A stretch of 34,847 bases of DNA, taken from NCBI GenBank assembly GCA_026392265.1, contig JAPLCL010000190.1, positions 1-34,847 of the forward strand, written 5' to 3'. The DNA is from Actinomycetota bacterium (lineage in GTDB: Bacteria > Actinomycetota > Thermoleophilia > UBA2241). The notes under the pieces were generated by a model, which was given only the letters and a program-made list of their open reading frames with translations, had not been told where the DNA came from and did not search any database. Below are positions 24,361-32,570 of this stretch, in pieces. Both the position numbers and the translations under genes were made by a program. Position 1 is the first letter of the stretch; each line of letters starts with the position of its first letter.

Positions 24361-26631
24361 GTGAGGCTCATCGTCACAGAGAAGGATTCCGCCGCCCGCA
24401 AGATCGCCGACATCCTCGGCGGCAAAGTCACGGTCAAAGAGCACGGCCGCGGGCGCCAGAAGGTCAGGTCGTACCATTTCGTCTACAAGGACGACGACGC
24501 CGTCGCCATCGGCCTGCGCGGTCACGTCATGGAGACCGTGTTCCCCAATACGTACCGGCGCTGGAGCCTCAAGTACCTGGGCGACATGATCGAGACACCA
24601 AACCTTGCCTGGGTGGTCGACGGCGGCGCCGCCGGCACGCTCGCGGCGCTGCGCAGCGTGGCCAAGGGCGCCACCGAGGTCGTGATCGCCACCGACTTCG
24701 ACCGCGAGGGGGAGCTCATCGGCCACGAGGCCCTCGAGATCCTCCGTGGCGACGCCCTCAAGCGTCACCCGCACGACAAGCCCGAGAAAAAGAAGGCCGG
24801 CGCCGCCGGCCGCGGTAAGGCCGCGGCCGCCCCTCCGGCCGATCCGCCGGCGGACGGTGGCGATCCGCACGTCAAGGCCATGCTTCCGGCCGCCGCCGTC
24901 GACCGTCACGTCCGAGTGCGCTACTCCGCGCTCACCCGCGAAGAGGTCGAGGCGGCCTTCGCCAAGCCGTCGACCGTCGACTTCAACCTCGCCGAGGCAG
25001 CGCATTCGCGCCAGGACATCGACCTCATCTGGGGAGCGGTGCTCACGCGCTTCATGTCGCTGGCTTCGTATCGTTACGGCTCCGACTACCTGTCGGTCGG
25101 TCGCGTGCAATCGCCCACCTTGCGCCTCGTCGTCGATCGCGAGCTGGAGCGGCGCGCCTTCGTACCCGTTCCCTACTGGGAGATCAAGGCCACGCTGACG
25201 CACGGCGACGACACCGTCGAGGTGGCGCACGCCAAGGGACGCTTCGATTCTCTCGAGGCCATGGAGGCCGCGTTCGCGCGCGCCCAGTCCGAGACCGCCG
25301 AGGTCACCGCCTATAAGGCGGAGCCGCGCAAGGTCGCGCCGCCGGCGCCGTTCAACACGACGGCGCTCATGAGCGCCGCCTCCGCCGGCGGCGTGTCGCC
25401 GGCGCGCGCCATGCGCGCCGCCGAGTCGCTGTACCTCGACGGCATCATCAGCTACCCACGCACCGACAACACGGTGTACCCGCCGTCGCTCGACTTGCGC
25501 GGCAGTTGTGAGGCTCTGGCCGGCTGGCAGCCCGTCGCCACCGCCGCCGCGCGCCTGGCCAAGCAAGGCAAGTACACGCCCACCCGGGGCAAGAAGCTCA
25601 CCACCGATCACCCACCTATCTACCCGGTGGGGGTGCCCAAGAAAGTGCTCACCGGCGACCAGGCCAAGGTCTACGATCTCGTCGTGCGCCGCTTTCTTGC
25701 CACGCTGCTCCCGGCCGCGGTGATCGAAGGCCAGCGCGTCGACATCCGCATCGGCCACGAGCCCTTCCTCGCGCGCGGCAGCCGCGTCGCCTCGGCGGGC
25801 TTCCTCGAGGTCTACGAGAAGTTCGCCGCCAAGCGCGACCGGCCGCTACCCGCGCTGCAGCCGGGCGATGTCCTCGAGGTGCGCGACCTGCGCAGCGAGA
25901 GCAAGGAGACGCAGCCTCCGGCGCGCTACGGTCAGGGTCCGCTCATCGAGAAGATGGAGGATCTCGGCCTGGGCACCAAAGCCACGCGCGCCGACATCAT
26001 CCAGCACCTCTACGACCGCAATTACGTGCGCGACAACCCTATCGAGCCCACGGAGCTCGGCGTTGCCCTGATCACGGCGTTCGACGCCGCCATGGAGAAG
26101 GCGCCCGTCGACATCTCGTCATGGCAGATGACGGCCAAGCTCGACGAAGAGATGGACCGCATCAGCGAGGGCGAACTGCGGCGCGACCAGGTGGTGGCCG
26201 AGAGCCAGGACATGCTGGAGCAGGCCTGGAAGCTCCTCGACGGCCACATCGCCGACATCCGCGCGCGTATCAAGAGCGGGGTGCGCGAAGATCTCACGCT
26301 GGGGGAATGCAAGAACTGCGGCGGCCAGCTGCGCGTGTTGCGCGGCAAGACCGGCAAGCGTTTCGCCGCCTGCGTCGGCAAAGAGGGCGAGGAGCCCAAG
26401 CCGGCCGCCGAAGGCGAGCGTCCGCGGCGCGGCTGCGGGCAGACCTTCCCGCTGCCGCAGCGCGGCACCATCACCCCCACCGGCAAGTCCTGCGGCGAGT
26501 GCGGCTGGCCCGAGATCAAAGTCGTGGGCGCCGGCGGCCGCGGACGTCCGTGGGTCCTCTGCGTCGACATCGATTGCCCGAGCAAAGAGAAGTACCGCGC
26601 GCGCGCCAGCGCCAAGAAGAAGGATGCCTGA
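24361..26631 (+). CDS. topA: Type IA DNA topoisomerase (topoisomerase I position) with two C-terminal zinc ribbons
   Basis: 756 aa. TOPRIM: MRLIVTEKDSAARKIA and VIATDFDREGELIG. Active-site Tyr context: GIISYPRTDN. C-terminal Cys clusters: CKNCGG...AAC...GCG and CGECGW...LCVDIDC. It sits upstream of tmk-holB. Confidence 0.9.
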   Translation: MRLIVTEKDSAARKIADILGGKVTVKEHGRGRQKVRSYHFVYKDDDAVAIGLRGHVMETVFPNTYRRWSLKYLGDMIETPNLAWVVDGGAAGTLAALRSVAKGATEVVIATDFDREGELIGHEALEILRGDALKRHPHDKPEKKKAGAAGRGKAAAAPPADPPADGGDPHVKAMLPAAAVDRHVRVRYSALTREEVEAAFAKPSTVDFNLAEAAHSRQDIDLIWGAVLTRFMSLASYRYGSDYLSVGRVQSPTLRLVVDRELERRAFVPVPYWEIKATLTHGDDTVEVAHAKGRFDSLEAMEAAFARAQSETAEVTAYKAEPRKVAPPAPFNTTALMSAASAGGVSPARAMRAAESLYLDGIISYPRTDNTVYPPSLDLRGSCEALAGWQPVATAAARLAKQGKYTPTRGKKLTTDHPPIYPVGVPKKVLTGDQAKVYDLVVRRFLATLLPAAVIEGQRVDIRIGHEPFLARGSRVASAGFLEVYEKFAAKRDRPLPALQPGDVLEVRDLRSESKETQPPARYGQGPLIEKMEDLGLGTKATRADIIQHLYDRNYVRDNPIEPTELGVALITAFDAAMEKAPVDISSWQMTAKLDEEMDRISEGELRRDQVVAESQDMLEQAWKLLDGHIADIRARIKSGVREDLTLGECKNCGGQLRVLRGKTGKRFAACVGKEGEEPKPAAEGERPRRGCGQTFPLPQRGTITPTGKSCGECGWPEIKVVGAGGRGRPWVLCVDIDCPSKEKYRARASAKKKDA

Positions 26632-26671
26632 GCGCGAGCGGGTCCCCAGGCACGCGGCGACGGAGACCAGT

Positions 26672-27337
26672 GTGAGCGAACAGACTGGCGTGCTGATCTC
26701 GCTCGAGGGCGGCGACGGCTGTGGCAAGAGTACGCAGGCGGCGCTGCTCTGCGAGCGCCTCGCCGCCTGCGGGCTTCCCGTCGGCCCGTCGAGCGACCAG
26801 GGCGCCGTGATCCGCGAACCCGGCGGCACCGCGGCCGGCGAGGCCATCCGCGACGTCCTTCTGCACGGTCCCCAGACGCTGGCGCCCTGGGCCGAGGCCC
26901 TGCTGTACGCCGCGGCCCGCGCCGAGCTCGTGGAGCGCGTGCTGCTGCCCGAGCTCCGCGCCGGCCGCGTGCTCATCCTCGACCGCTTTGTCGACTCCTC
27001 ACTCGCGTATCAGGGCTTCGCCCGCGGACTGGGCATCGACGCGGTCCTTGCCGTCAACCAGCCGGGCCTGCGCGGCCTGCTGCCCGACCTCACGATCGTC
27101 CTCGACGTCGATCCGCTCGTAGGACTGGCGCGCACCGGCGGCGCGCCCGACCGCATCGAAGCCGAGGGTCTCGATCTTCAGCAGCGAGTCGCTGCCGGCT
27201 TCGCCGTGGTGGCGCGGCGCTTCCCGGAGCGCGTACGTCTCATCGACGGCTCCCGCGACATCGACATCGTTGCCGCCGCCGTGGTGGCGGCGGCGCTCGA
27301 GGCGGTCGCCGACGTCGGCCTGCGGCTCGGGGGCTGA
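26672..27337 (+). CDS. tmk: Thymidylate kinase
   Basis: P-loop ISLEGGDGCGKSTQ, DRFVDSSLAYQG (DR(Y/F) motif), and a lid region. GTG at 26672 (GGAG 6 nt upstream) is preferred. The longest ORF starts at ATG 26624 and overlaps the topA stop. Confidence 0.85.
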   Translation: MSEQTGVLISLEGGDGCGKSTQAALLCERLAACGLPVGPSSDQGAVIREPGGTAAGEAIRDVLLHGPQTLAPWAEALLYAAARAELVERVLLPELRAGRVLILDRFVDSSLAYQGFARGLGIDAVLAVNQPGLRGLLPDLTIVLDVDPLVGLARTGGAPDRIEAEGLDLQQRVAAGFAVVARRFPERVRLIDGSRDIDIVAAAVVAAALEAVADVGLRLGG

Positions 27338-27344
27338 GGGCGCC

Positions 27345-28469
27345 GTGTTCAACGACGTCCCCGGCCAGGAGAAAGTCAAAGACCTGTTCGCTCGCGCCCT
27401 GCGCGAACGCACTCTCAGCCATGCCTACCTGCTGAGCGGCCCCGAGGGTCTGGCCAAGACGGCCTTCGCCCGTGAGCTCGCCGTCGCGCTCGTCAGCACC
27501 TGCGGCGGTTGCGGGATCTGCCCTGAGTGCGATCGTGCCCGTCGTGGCGTCCACCCCGACCTGCACGTAGTGGAGCGCGAGGGCGATCTCATCCGCTTCG
27601 AGCAGGTCGAGCCGGTGATCGCCGACCTCGGGCTCAAGCCGTTCTCCGGGAGTCGACGCGTTTGGATCATCCCCGAAGTCGAGTACCTGCATTCAGCAGC
27701 GGCCAACAAGCTGCTCAAGAGCATCGAGGAGCCGCCGGACTACGTGTACTTCCTGCTGGTCACCGACCGTCTTGAGCGCGTACTCCCGACCATCGTGTCC
27801 CGCTGCCAACTGGTCGAGTTTCGACCCCTGAGCGACACCGTCGTCGCGTCGTACTTGCGCGAGAGCCACGGCCTCGACGGCGTCGCCGCCGAAGCGCTCG
27901 CGCGTCTCTCGGGCGGCGCCGTGGAGCGCGCCGAGCGGCTGGCGGGCGACGCACAACGACGCGCCGACTACTTGCGTCACGCCTCAGCGGTCGCCGGCCT
28001 CGCGCCCGGCGTCTCCGACCCAGATTCGCCGGCGGCCTTCATCGGCGTCCTCGAACGTCATCAGAAGCAGATCACGGACGAGGCGCAGGAGAAGCTCAAG
28101 GCTCGCGTCGGCGAGCTCGAGCGCCAGTTCCAGGACAAGCGCGACCTCAACTGGTACACGAAGAAGGCCGAGGAGCGCGCCAGGCGCGAGGAGTCGCGCC
28201 TGCGGCGCGTCGCGGCGCAGGATGCGGTGGACCTCCTCGGCGCCTGGGTACGCGACCTCTGGGTGGTCGCCTGCGGGGCATCCGATGTACTCTGGAACTG
28301 CGATCGCGCCGGCGATTTGGCCGTGGCGGCCGTGGCGACACCCGACTACTACGCGCGCCTCATGGCCGTCGTGGCCCGGACGCGCAAGGACCTGTATCTC
28401 AACATCGACCAGAAGCTCGCGCTGCAAGCGCTGTTCGCACGCTTCGAGGAGGTCGCAGAAAGTGCCTAG
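27345..28469 (+). CDS. holB: DNA polymerase III delta-prime subunit
   Basis: The GTG at 27345 lies just after the tmk stop (27337). Sequence: QEKVKDLFARALRERTLSHAYLLSGPEGLAKTAFA, Zn module CGGCGICPEC, AANKLLKSIEEPP, and TIVSRCQ (sensor/SRC motif). Confidence 0.85.
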   Translation: MFNDVPGQEKVKDLFARALRERTLSHAYLLSGPEGLAKTAFARELAVALVSTCGGCGICPECDRARRGVHPDLHVVEREGDLIRFEQVEPVIADLGLKPFSGSRRVWIIPEVEYLHSAAANKLLKSIEEPPDYVYFLLVTDRLERVLPTIVSRCQLVEFRPLSDTVVASYLRESHGLDGVAAEALARLSGGAVERAERLAGDAQRRADYLRHASAVAGLAPGVSDPDSPAAFIGVLERHQKQITDEAQEKLKARVGELERQFQDKRDLNWYTKKAEERARREESRLRRVAAQDAVDLLGAWVRDLWVVACGASDVLWNCDRAGDLAVAAVATPDYYARLMAVVARTRKDLYLNIDQKLALQALFARFEEVAESA

Positions 28470-29280
28470 GATCGCCAGCGTCGTGTTCCGTGGCGGCGGC
28501 AAGGTCTACCAGTTCGACGCCGGCTCTCTCGAAGTCGTGCCGGGCGATCGCGTGGTCGTCGACACGAACCGGGGTGCCGATTTCGGGCGGCTCGTCAAAG
28601 GGCCCGATGAGGTGCCGCCCGAACAGGCGCCGCGTGGCCTCAAGCGGATCCGCCGCAAGGCCTCGCAGGACGACCTCGACGCCGTCGCTTCCCACCGCGA
28701 CGACGAGCTCGAGGCCAAGCGCGTCTGCCGGCAGCTCGTCGTCGAGCTCGGTCTCGACATGAAGGTCGTCGAGGCGCGCCAGGCCTTCGAAGGCGGCAAG
28801 CTCCTGGTCACCTTCTTCGCCGAGGAGCGCGTCGACTTTCGCGAGCTCGTGGGCAAGCTCAACGAACGCCTCAATCAGCGTATCGAGCTCAAGCAGGTGA
28901 GCGCCCGCGACGAGTCGCGCATCGTCGGCGGCTACGGCCCGTGCGGTCGCAGCCTGTGCTGCGCGACCTTCGCCGGCGATCAGGAGCCCGTGTCTATCCG
29001 CATGGCAAAAGACCAGAATCTGCCGCTCAACCCCACCAAGATCTCCGGCTGCTGCGGCCGCCTCATGTGCTGTCTCAAGTACGAGCATCACGTCTACGTG
29101 TCGTTCCGTAAGCGCGCCCCCAAGCGCGGCGCGATCATCGCGACGCCGGGCGGCGAGGGCAAGGTCATCGAGCTGCTGGCGCCGCTCGACAGCGTGACCG
29201 TAGTCCACGGAGAGGGCCACACCGTCACGTACAAACTGGCGGAGCTCGGCACACCCGCCGACGTAGAGGGGTCATCATGA
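28462..29280 (+). CDS. ricT: PSP1-domain protein (YaaT/RicT-like)
   Basis: GTG at 28462, with GAGGAGG upstream, overlaps the holB stop by 8 nt. VVFRGGGKVYQFDAG...GDRVVVDT..GADFG, VDFRELVGKL, and the Cys-rich PSP1 C-terminus CGRSLCCATF...GCCGRLMCCLKYEH. Confidence 0.85.
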   Translation: MPRIASVVFRGGGKVYQFDAGSLEVVPGDRVVVDTNRGADFGRLVKGPDEVPPEQAPRGLKRIRRKASQDDLDAVASHRDDELEAKRVCRQLVVELGLDMKVVEARQAFEGGKLLVTFFAEERVDFRELVGKLNERLNQRIELKQVSARDESRIVGGYGPCGRSLCCATFAGDQEPVSIRMAKDQNLPLNPTKISGCCGRLMCCLKYEHHVYVSFRKRAPKRGAIIATPGGEGKVIELLAPLDSVTVVHGEGHTVTYKLAELGTPADVEGSS

Positions 29281-29510
29281 GCGAGACACAGGCAGTACTC
29301 AACGTCCCGAGCATCTCCTGCAATCACTGCAGGATGGCGATCGAAGGTGCCGTGGGCGCCTTGGCCGGTGTGCGCTCGGTGGCCGTGGACGTCGACGCCA
29401 AGAGCGTGACCATCGCTTTCGAGTCCGTCGACGTGACCCTCGAGACGATCGCGGCGGCCGTCGAGGAAGAAGGCTACGAGGTCGCCGGCCGCCACGTGTT
29501 CGGCAATTGA
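29277..29510 (+). CDS. Heavy-metal-associated (HMA) domain protein, CopZ-like
   Basis: 77 aa. The ATG overlaps the ricT stop (ATGA). SISCNHCRMAIEGAVGALAGVRSVAVDVDAKSVTI has the CxxC metal-binding loop in a ferredoxin-like betaalphabetabetaalphabeta pattern. Confidence 0.8.
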   Translation: MSETQAVLNVPSISCNHCRMAIEGAVGALAGVRSVAVDVDAKSVTIAFESVDVTLETIAAAVEEEGYEVAGRHVFGN

Positions 29511-29530
29511 CGGCCGCTTCCGGCCGGTTT
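29511..29530 (+). terminator. Small hairpin plus short T-run directly after the HMA gene
   Basis: CGGCCG-CTTC-CGGCCG (29511-29526) followed by GTTTGG. The stem is only 6 bp. Confidence 0.35.
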
Positions 29531-29574
29531 GGCAAGACGACGGACGGCTGGTACCATATCGCCTCGCTAGCCGT

Positions 29575-29650
29575 GGGCCGTTAGCTTAGTTGGTAGAGCA
29601 GGGGACTCTTAATCCCAAGGTCGAAGGTTCGAATCCTTCACGGCCCACCA
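29575..29650 (+). tRNA. tRNA-Lys (anticodon CTT), CCA encoded
   Basis: GGGCCGTTAGCTTAGTTGGTAGAGCAGGGGACTCTTAATCCCAAGGTCGAAGGTTCGAATCCTTCACGGCCCACCA. Acceptor stem is GGGCCGT/ACGGCCC. Anticodon loop is CTCTTAA. T arm is GAAGG-TTCGAAT-CCTTC. Confidence 0.92.
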
Positions 29651-29769
29651 GCCTTCCCCCGGCGGCACGGGCCGCCTCCAGAACAGTTGCCCAGGCGCGC
29701 GCCGCTCTGCTATCGTTGTCTCTATATGGGCCACTGTGACGCACTTCGCCTGACGGGAGCCCCGACAAC

Positions 29770-30564
29770 GTGAACGGCCGCATGAAGCCCTCCGTGGGCC
29801 GCCTCTTGGATGACGCCCGCTTCTCGATCGCCCCTCGCGGCGGCGAGGACGTCTTGCGCCAAGGCCTCATCATGCTCGCCTGCTACGCGGTCTACGATGT
29901 CTCCAGGGCCGTCGTTGTCGGTCGAGAGGCCGTCGCCATGGCCAACGGCCTCTTCTTCATGAACCTCGAGAAAGCCATGGGCATGTTCTGGGAGCCGTGG
30001 GTCCAAGGCCGCGTCAGCGCCTTTCCGCCGCTCATGGACTTCCTCGTATGGTCGTACGGCGCCCTGCATCTGCCGCTTATCATGGGTGTCACGGTGTGGA
30101 TCTTCACGCAGCGCCGCAGCCGCTGGAAGCAGTTTCGTAACTGGTTCCTCGCCATGAACTTCATGGCGGTCCTGCTCTACTTCCTGCTGCCCACGGCGCC
30201 GCCGCGCATGATCTTCACCTCGGGCGTCGCCGACATCAGCTACCTGCAGGGCAAACGCTCGGCGATCTTCGAGGACGGCTTCCTCGCCAATCCCTTCGCG
30301 GCCATGCCCAGCCTCCATTTCGCCTATGCGCTCTTTGTGGCGCTCGCCCTCTTCATGCTCGCGCGCCAGACCTGGCTGCGGTGGGGCGGCTTCGCGTATC
30401 CGGCGCTGGTGCTCCTCGCTATCGTCGCCACCGGCAACCACTTCTTCGTCGACGCCGTCGGCAGTGTGCTCGTGCTGCTGGCTGCCTACGTCTTCGCAGT
30501 GAGTCTCCAGACGAGCGACGCCACCGGCGCGCGCGCCGTGACGGTGCGCGAGCGCGACGGCTGA
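29770..30564 (+). CDS. PAP2-superfamily membrane protein of the IPC-synthase/PAP2_3-like type
   Basis: 264 aa and polytopic. Motifs: LLPTAPPRM, AMPSLHFAYALF and TGNHFFVDAVG (the S-x-H ... H-x3-D part of the PAP2 signature). I see no obvious K-x6-R-P motif. GTG start; the ATG at 29782 is an alternative. Confidence 0.75.
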   Translation: MNGRMKPSVGRLLDDARFSIAPRGGEDVLRQGLIMLACYAVYDVSRAVVVGREAVAMANGLFFMNLEKAMGMFWEPWVQGRVSAFPPLMDFLVWSYGALHLPLIMGVTVWIFTQRRSRWKQFRNWFLAMNFMAVLLYFLLPTAPPRMIFTSGVADISYLQGKRSAIFEDGFLANPFAAMPSLHFAYALFVALALFMLARQTWLRWGGFAYPALVLLAIVATGNHFFVDAVGSVLVLLAAYVFAVSLQTSDATGARAVTVRERDG

Positions 30565-30565
30565 C

Positions 30566-31180
30566 GTGACGAACCTCAAGACCCGCTACACCGACGGAGC
30601 GCGCCGTGGCTTCTTCAGAATCGGCGTCGTGCTCGCCCGTCTCGGCCTCACCGCTGACATGCTCACTGTCTTCGGCCTGCTGCTGCACGTCGGCCTGGTG
30701 CCGCTCGTCCTTACGGGTCACTTCGTGTGGGCGGTGCCTCTGGGGATCATCGCGGGGTTTTGCGACGCCCTCGACGGGGCTGTGGCTCGCGCCGGCGTCG
30801 GTCCCACGAAGGCCGGCGCTTTCCTCGATTCGACGACCGACCGTATCTCCGAGCTTCTGGTGTCCGGGGCGCTTGTCATGTATTTCGCGGGCAAGGCGCA
30901 GTGGTGGCCCACGGCCGCCGTCCTGGTGTTCATGGGGGCGGCCCAGATGGTCTCGTATTCGCGGGCCCGCGCCGAGGCGCTCGGCGTGGAGTGCAAGGTG
31001 GGGTTCATGTCGCGCCCGGAGCGCCTCGTCGGGCTCGGCCTGGGCTTCCTTTTCTCCGGCTGGTCTCCGGGCGGCACGAGCTTCCTCGTCTGGATGTTGT
31101 ATCTGCTGGCGGTGTTGACCTCCCTGACCGTGGTACATCGCATGGTCCACGTGATGCGCAAGCTCCGCGCTGCCGCGTGA
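30566..31180 (+). CDS. pgsA1: CDP-alcohol phosphatidyltransferase, most likely phosphatidylinositol-phosphate synthase
   Basis: 204 aa. Signature D-x2-DG-x2-AR-x8-G-x3-D-x3-D appears as CDALDGAVARAGVGPTKAGAFLDSTTDRISE. LGLTADMLTVFG and QMVSYSRARAEALG...SRPERL line up with my recollection of M. tuberculosis PgsA1. The GTG start lies 1 nt after the PAP2 stop. ino1 is adjacent. Confidence 0.8.
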   Translation: MTNLKTRYTDGARRGFFRIGVVLARLGLTADMLTVFGLLLHVGLVPLVLTGHFVWAVPLGIIAGFCDALDGAVARAGVGPTKAGAFLDSTTDRISELLVSGALVMYFAGKAQWWPTAAVLVFMGAAQMVSYSRARAEALGVECKVGFMSRPERLVGLGLGFLFSGWSPGGTSFLVWMLYLLAVLTSLTVVHRMVHVMRKLRAAA

Positions 31181-31291
31181 TATACTCTCGCGCGTTATCG
31201 TTGAGCCCGCGGGGAGCGTGGCGTACGCCCGCGGGCGGTGCGCATCGAGGCGGCCGCGGGCGCGGCCGCTGCAAGTGGAGGTAGACCGATC

Positions 31292-32395
31292 TTGGGTAAT
31301 CCGGTACGCGTTGCCATCATAGGCGTGGGTAACTGCGCCTCATCCTTCGTACAGGGCGTGGAGTTCTACAAGAACGCCAAGAAGTCAGACTTCGTCCCCG
31401 GCCTCATGCACCCCGTGCTCGGCGGCTACCACATTCGTGACATCGAGTTCGTGGCGGCCATCGACATCGACAAGAACAAGGTGGGCAAGGATCTCAGCGA
31501 GGCCGTCTTCACGAAGCCCAACAACACCGTGAAGTTCGCGGAGGTGCCCAAGAAGGACGTCAAGGTCGTGCGCGGTATGACCCACGACGGCCTCGGCAAG
31601 TATCTCTCGCAGATCATCGAAAAGGCGCCCGGCGCCACCGCCGACATCGTCGGCATCCTTAAGGAGACGCAGGCGGACGTGGTGGTCAACTACCTGCCGG
31701 TGGGCAGCGAAGAGGCCACTAAATGGTACGCCGAGCAGATCCTCACGGCAGGCTGTGCCATGGTGAACTGTATCCCCGTGTTCCTCGCCCGCGAGCCCTA
31801 CTGGCAGAAGCGTTTCGTCGAGGCGGGCGTGCCGATAATCGGCGACGACATCAAGAGCCAGGTCGGCGCCACCATCGTGCACCGCGTGCTCACGCGTCTC
31901 ATGCGCGAGCGCGGCGTCAAGCTCGAGCGCACCAGCCAGCTCAACGTGGGCGGCAACACCGACTTTCTCAACATGCTCGAGCGCGAGCGTCTCGAGTCGA
32001 AGAAGATCAGCAAGACCAACGCCGTCACCAGCCAGCTCGACTACGATATGGGCGCCAAGAACGTGCACATCGGTCCGAGCGACTATGTGGAGTGGCTGGA
32101 AGACCGCAAGTGGGCCTACATCCGCATGGAGGGCCGCACCTTCGGCGACGTGCCCCTCAACATCGAGCTCAAGCTTGAGGTCGTCGACTCACCGAACTCG
32201 GCGGGCATCGTCATCGACGCTGTGCGCTGCGCCAAGATAGGCCTCGACCGCGGCCTGGCCGGATCGCTCGAGGGCCCCAGCAGCTACTTCATGAAGTCGC
32301 CGCCGGTGCAGCACCCCGACGATCAGTGCCGCCGCATGACCGAGGAGTTCATCGCCGGCGAGGGCTCCGGCGCCACCGCTGTCTGCCAAGGATGA
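31292..32395 (+). CDS. ino1: myo-Inositol-3-phosphate (1L-myo-inositol-1-phosphate) synthase
   Basis: TTG at 31292, with GGAGG 10 nt upstream, inside track ORF 31238..32395. [23 protein letters not shown] (NAD-binding), [42 protein letters not shown] and [16 protein letters not shown] are typical of the bacterial/archaeal-type MIPS. Confidence 0.92.
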   Translation: MGNPVRVAIIGVGNCASSFVQGVEFYKNAKKSDFVPGLMHPVLGGYHIRDIEFVAAIDIDKNKVGKDLSEAVFTKPNNTVKFAEVPKKDVKVVRGMTHDGLGKYLSQIIEKAPGATADIVGILKETQADVVVNYLPVGSEEATKWYAEQILTAGCAMVNCIPVFLAREPYWQKRFVEAGVPIIGDDIKSQVGATIVHRVLTRLMRERGVKLERTSQLNVGGNTDFLNMLERERLESKKISKTNAVTSQLDYDMGAKNVHIGPSDYVEWLEDRKWAYIRMEGRTFGDVPLNIELKLEVVDSPNSAGIVIDAVRCAKIGLDRGLAGSLEGPSSYFMKSPPVQHPDDQCRRMTEEFIAGEGSGATAVCQG

Positions 32396-32411
32396 CCGCC
32401 GTAGGTGGGTG

Positions 32412-32444
32412 ATCGAGGGGTGCGCCGAAGGGACACCCCTCGAT
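32412..32444 (+). other. Perfect 11-bp hairpin 17 nt after the ino1 stop
   Basis: ATCGAGGGGTG (32412-32422), an 11-nt loop, then CACCCCTCGAT (32434-32444). Confidence 0.5.
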
Positions 32445-32534
32445 AGCCTGCGAAGTGTCGCCGGCGAGCGGGGCGCCGTAGGCACACCGCTCATTTACGC
32501 GCGCAGCGGCGAGCATCACGGCCGGTGTTCCTTC

Positions 32535-32570
32535 CGGGCGGGCCGGGGCCGAAAGGCCCCGGCCCGCCCG
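32535..32570 (+). terminator. Perfect 16-bp G/C hairpin with a GAAA tetraloop followed by TCGTTTG
   Basis: CGGGCGGGCCGGGGCC (32535-32550), loop GAAA, then GGCCCCGGCCCGCCCG (32555-32570), followed by a short T-run. It lies 140 nt after ino1 and 57 nt before the next start. Confidence 0.6.

Noticed and set aside
24280-25758. 492-aa minus-strand ORF antisense to topA, plus similar antisense ORFs (26119..26976, 28399..29220, 29722..30579, 32906..34336)
   Set aside because: All are antisense to genes with strong motif support, and their translations are low-complexity (R/G/A/D/H-rich).
29586-29873. 95-aa minus-strand ORF
   Set aside because: It overlaps the tRNA-Lys gene and the 5' end of the PAP2-like gene on the opposite strand, and its composition is not protein-like.
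30566-31180. The CDP-alcohol phosphatidyltransferase as a di-myo-inositol-phosphate (DIPP) synthase for compatible-solute synthesis
   Set aside because: No CTP:inositol-1-phosphate cytidylyltransferase domain is fused or adjacent. The sequence tracks my recollection of PgsA1-type PIP synthases along its whole length. I have not fully excluded this without a phylogeny.
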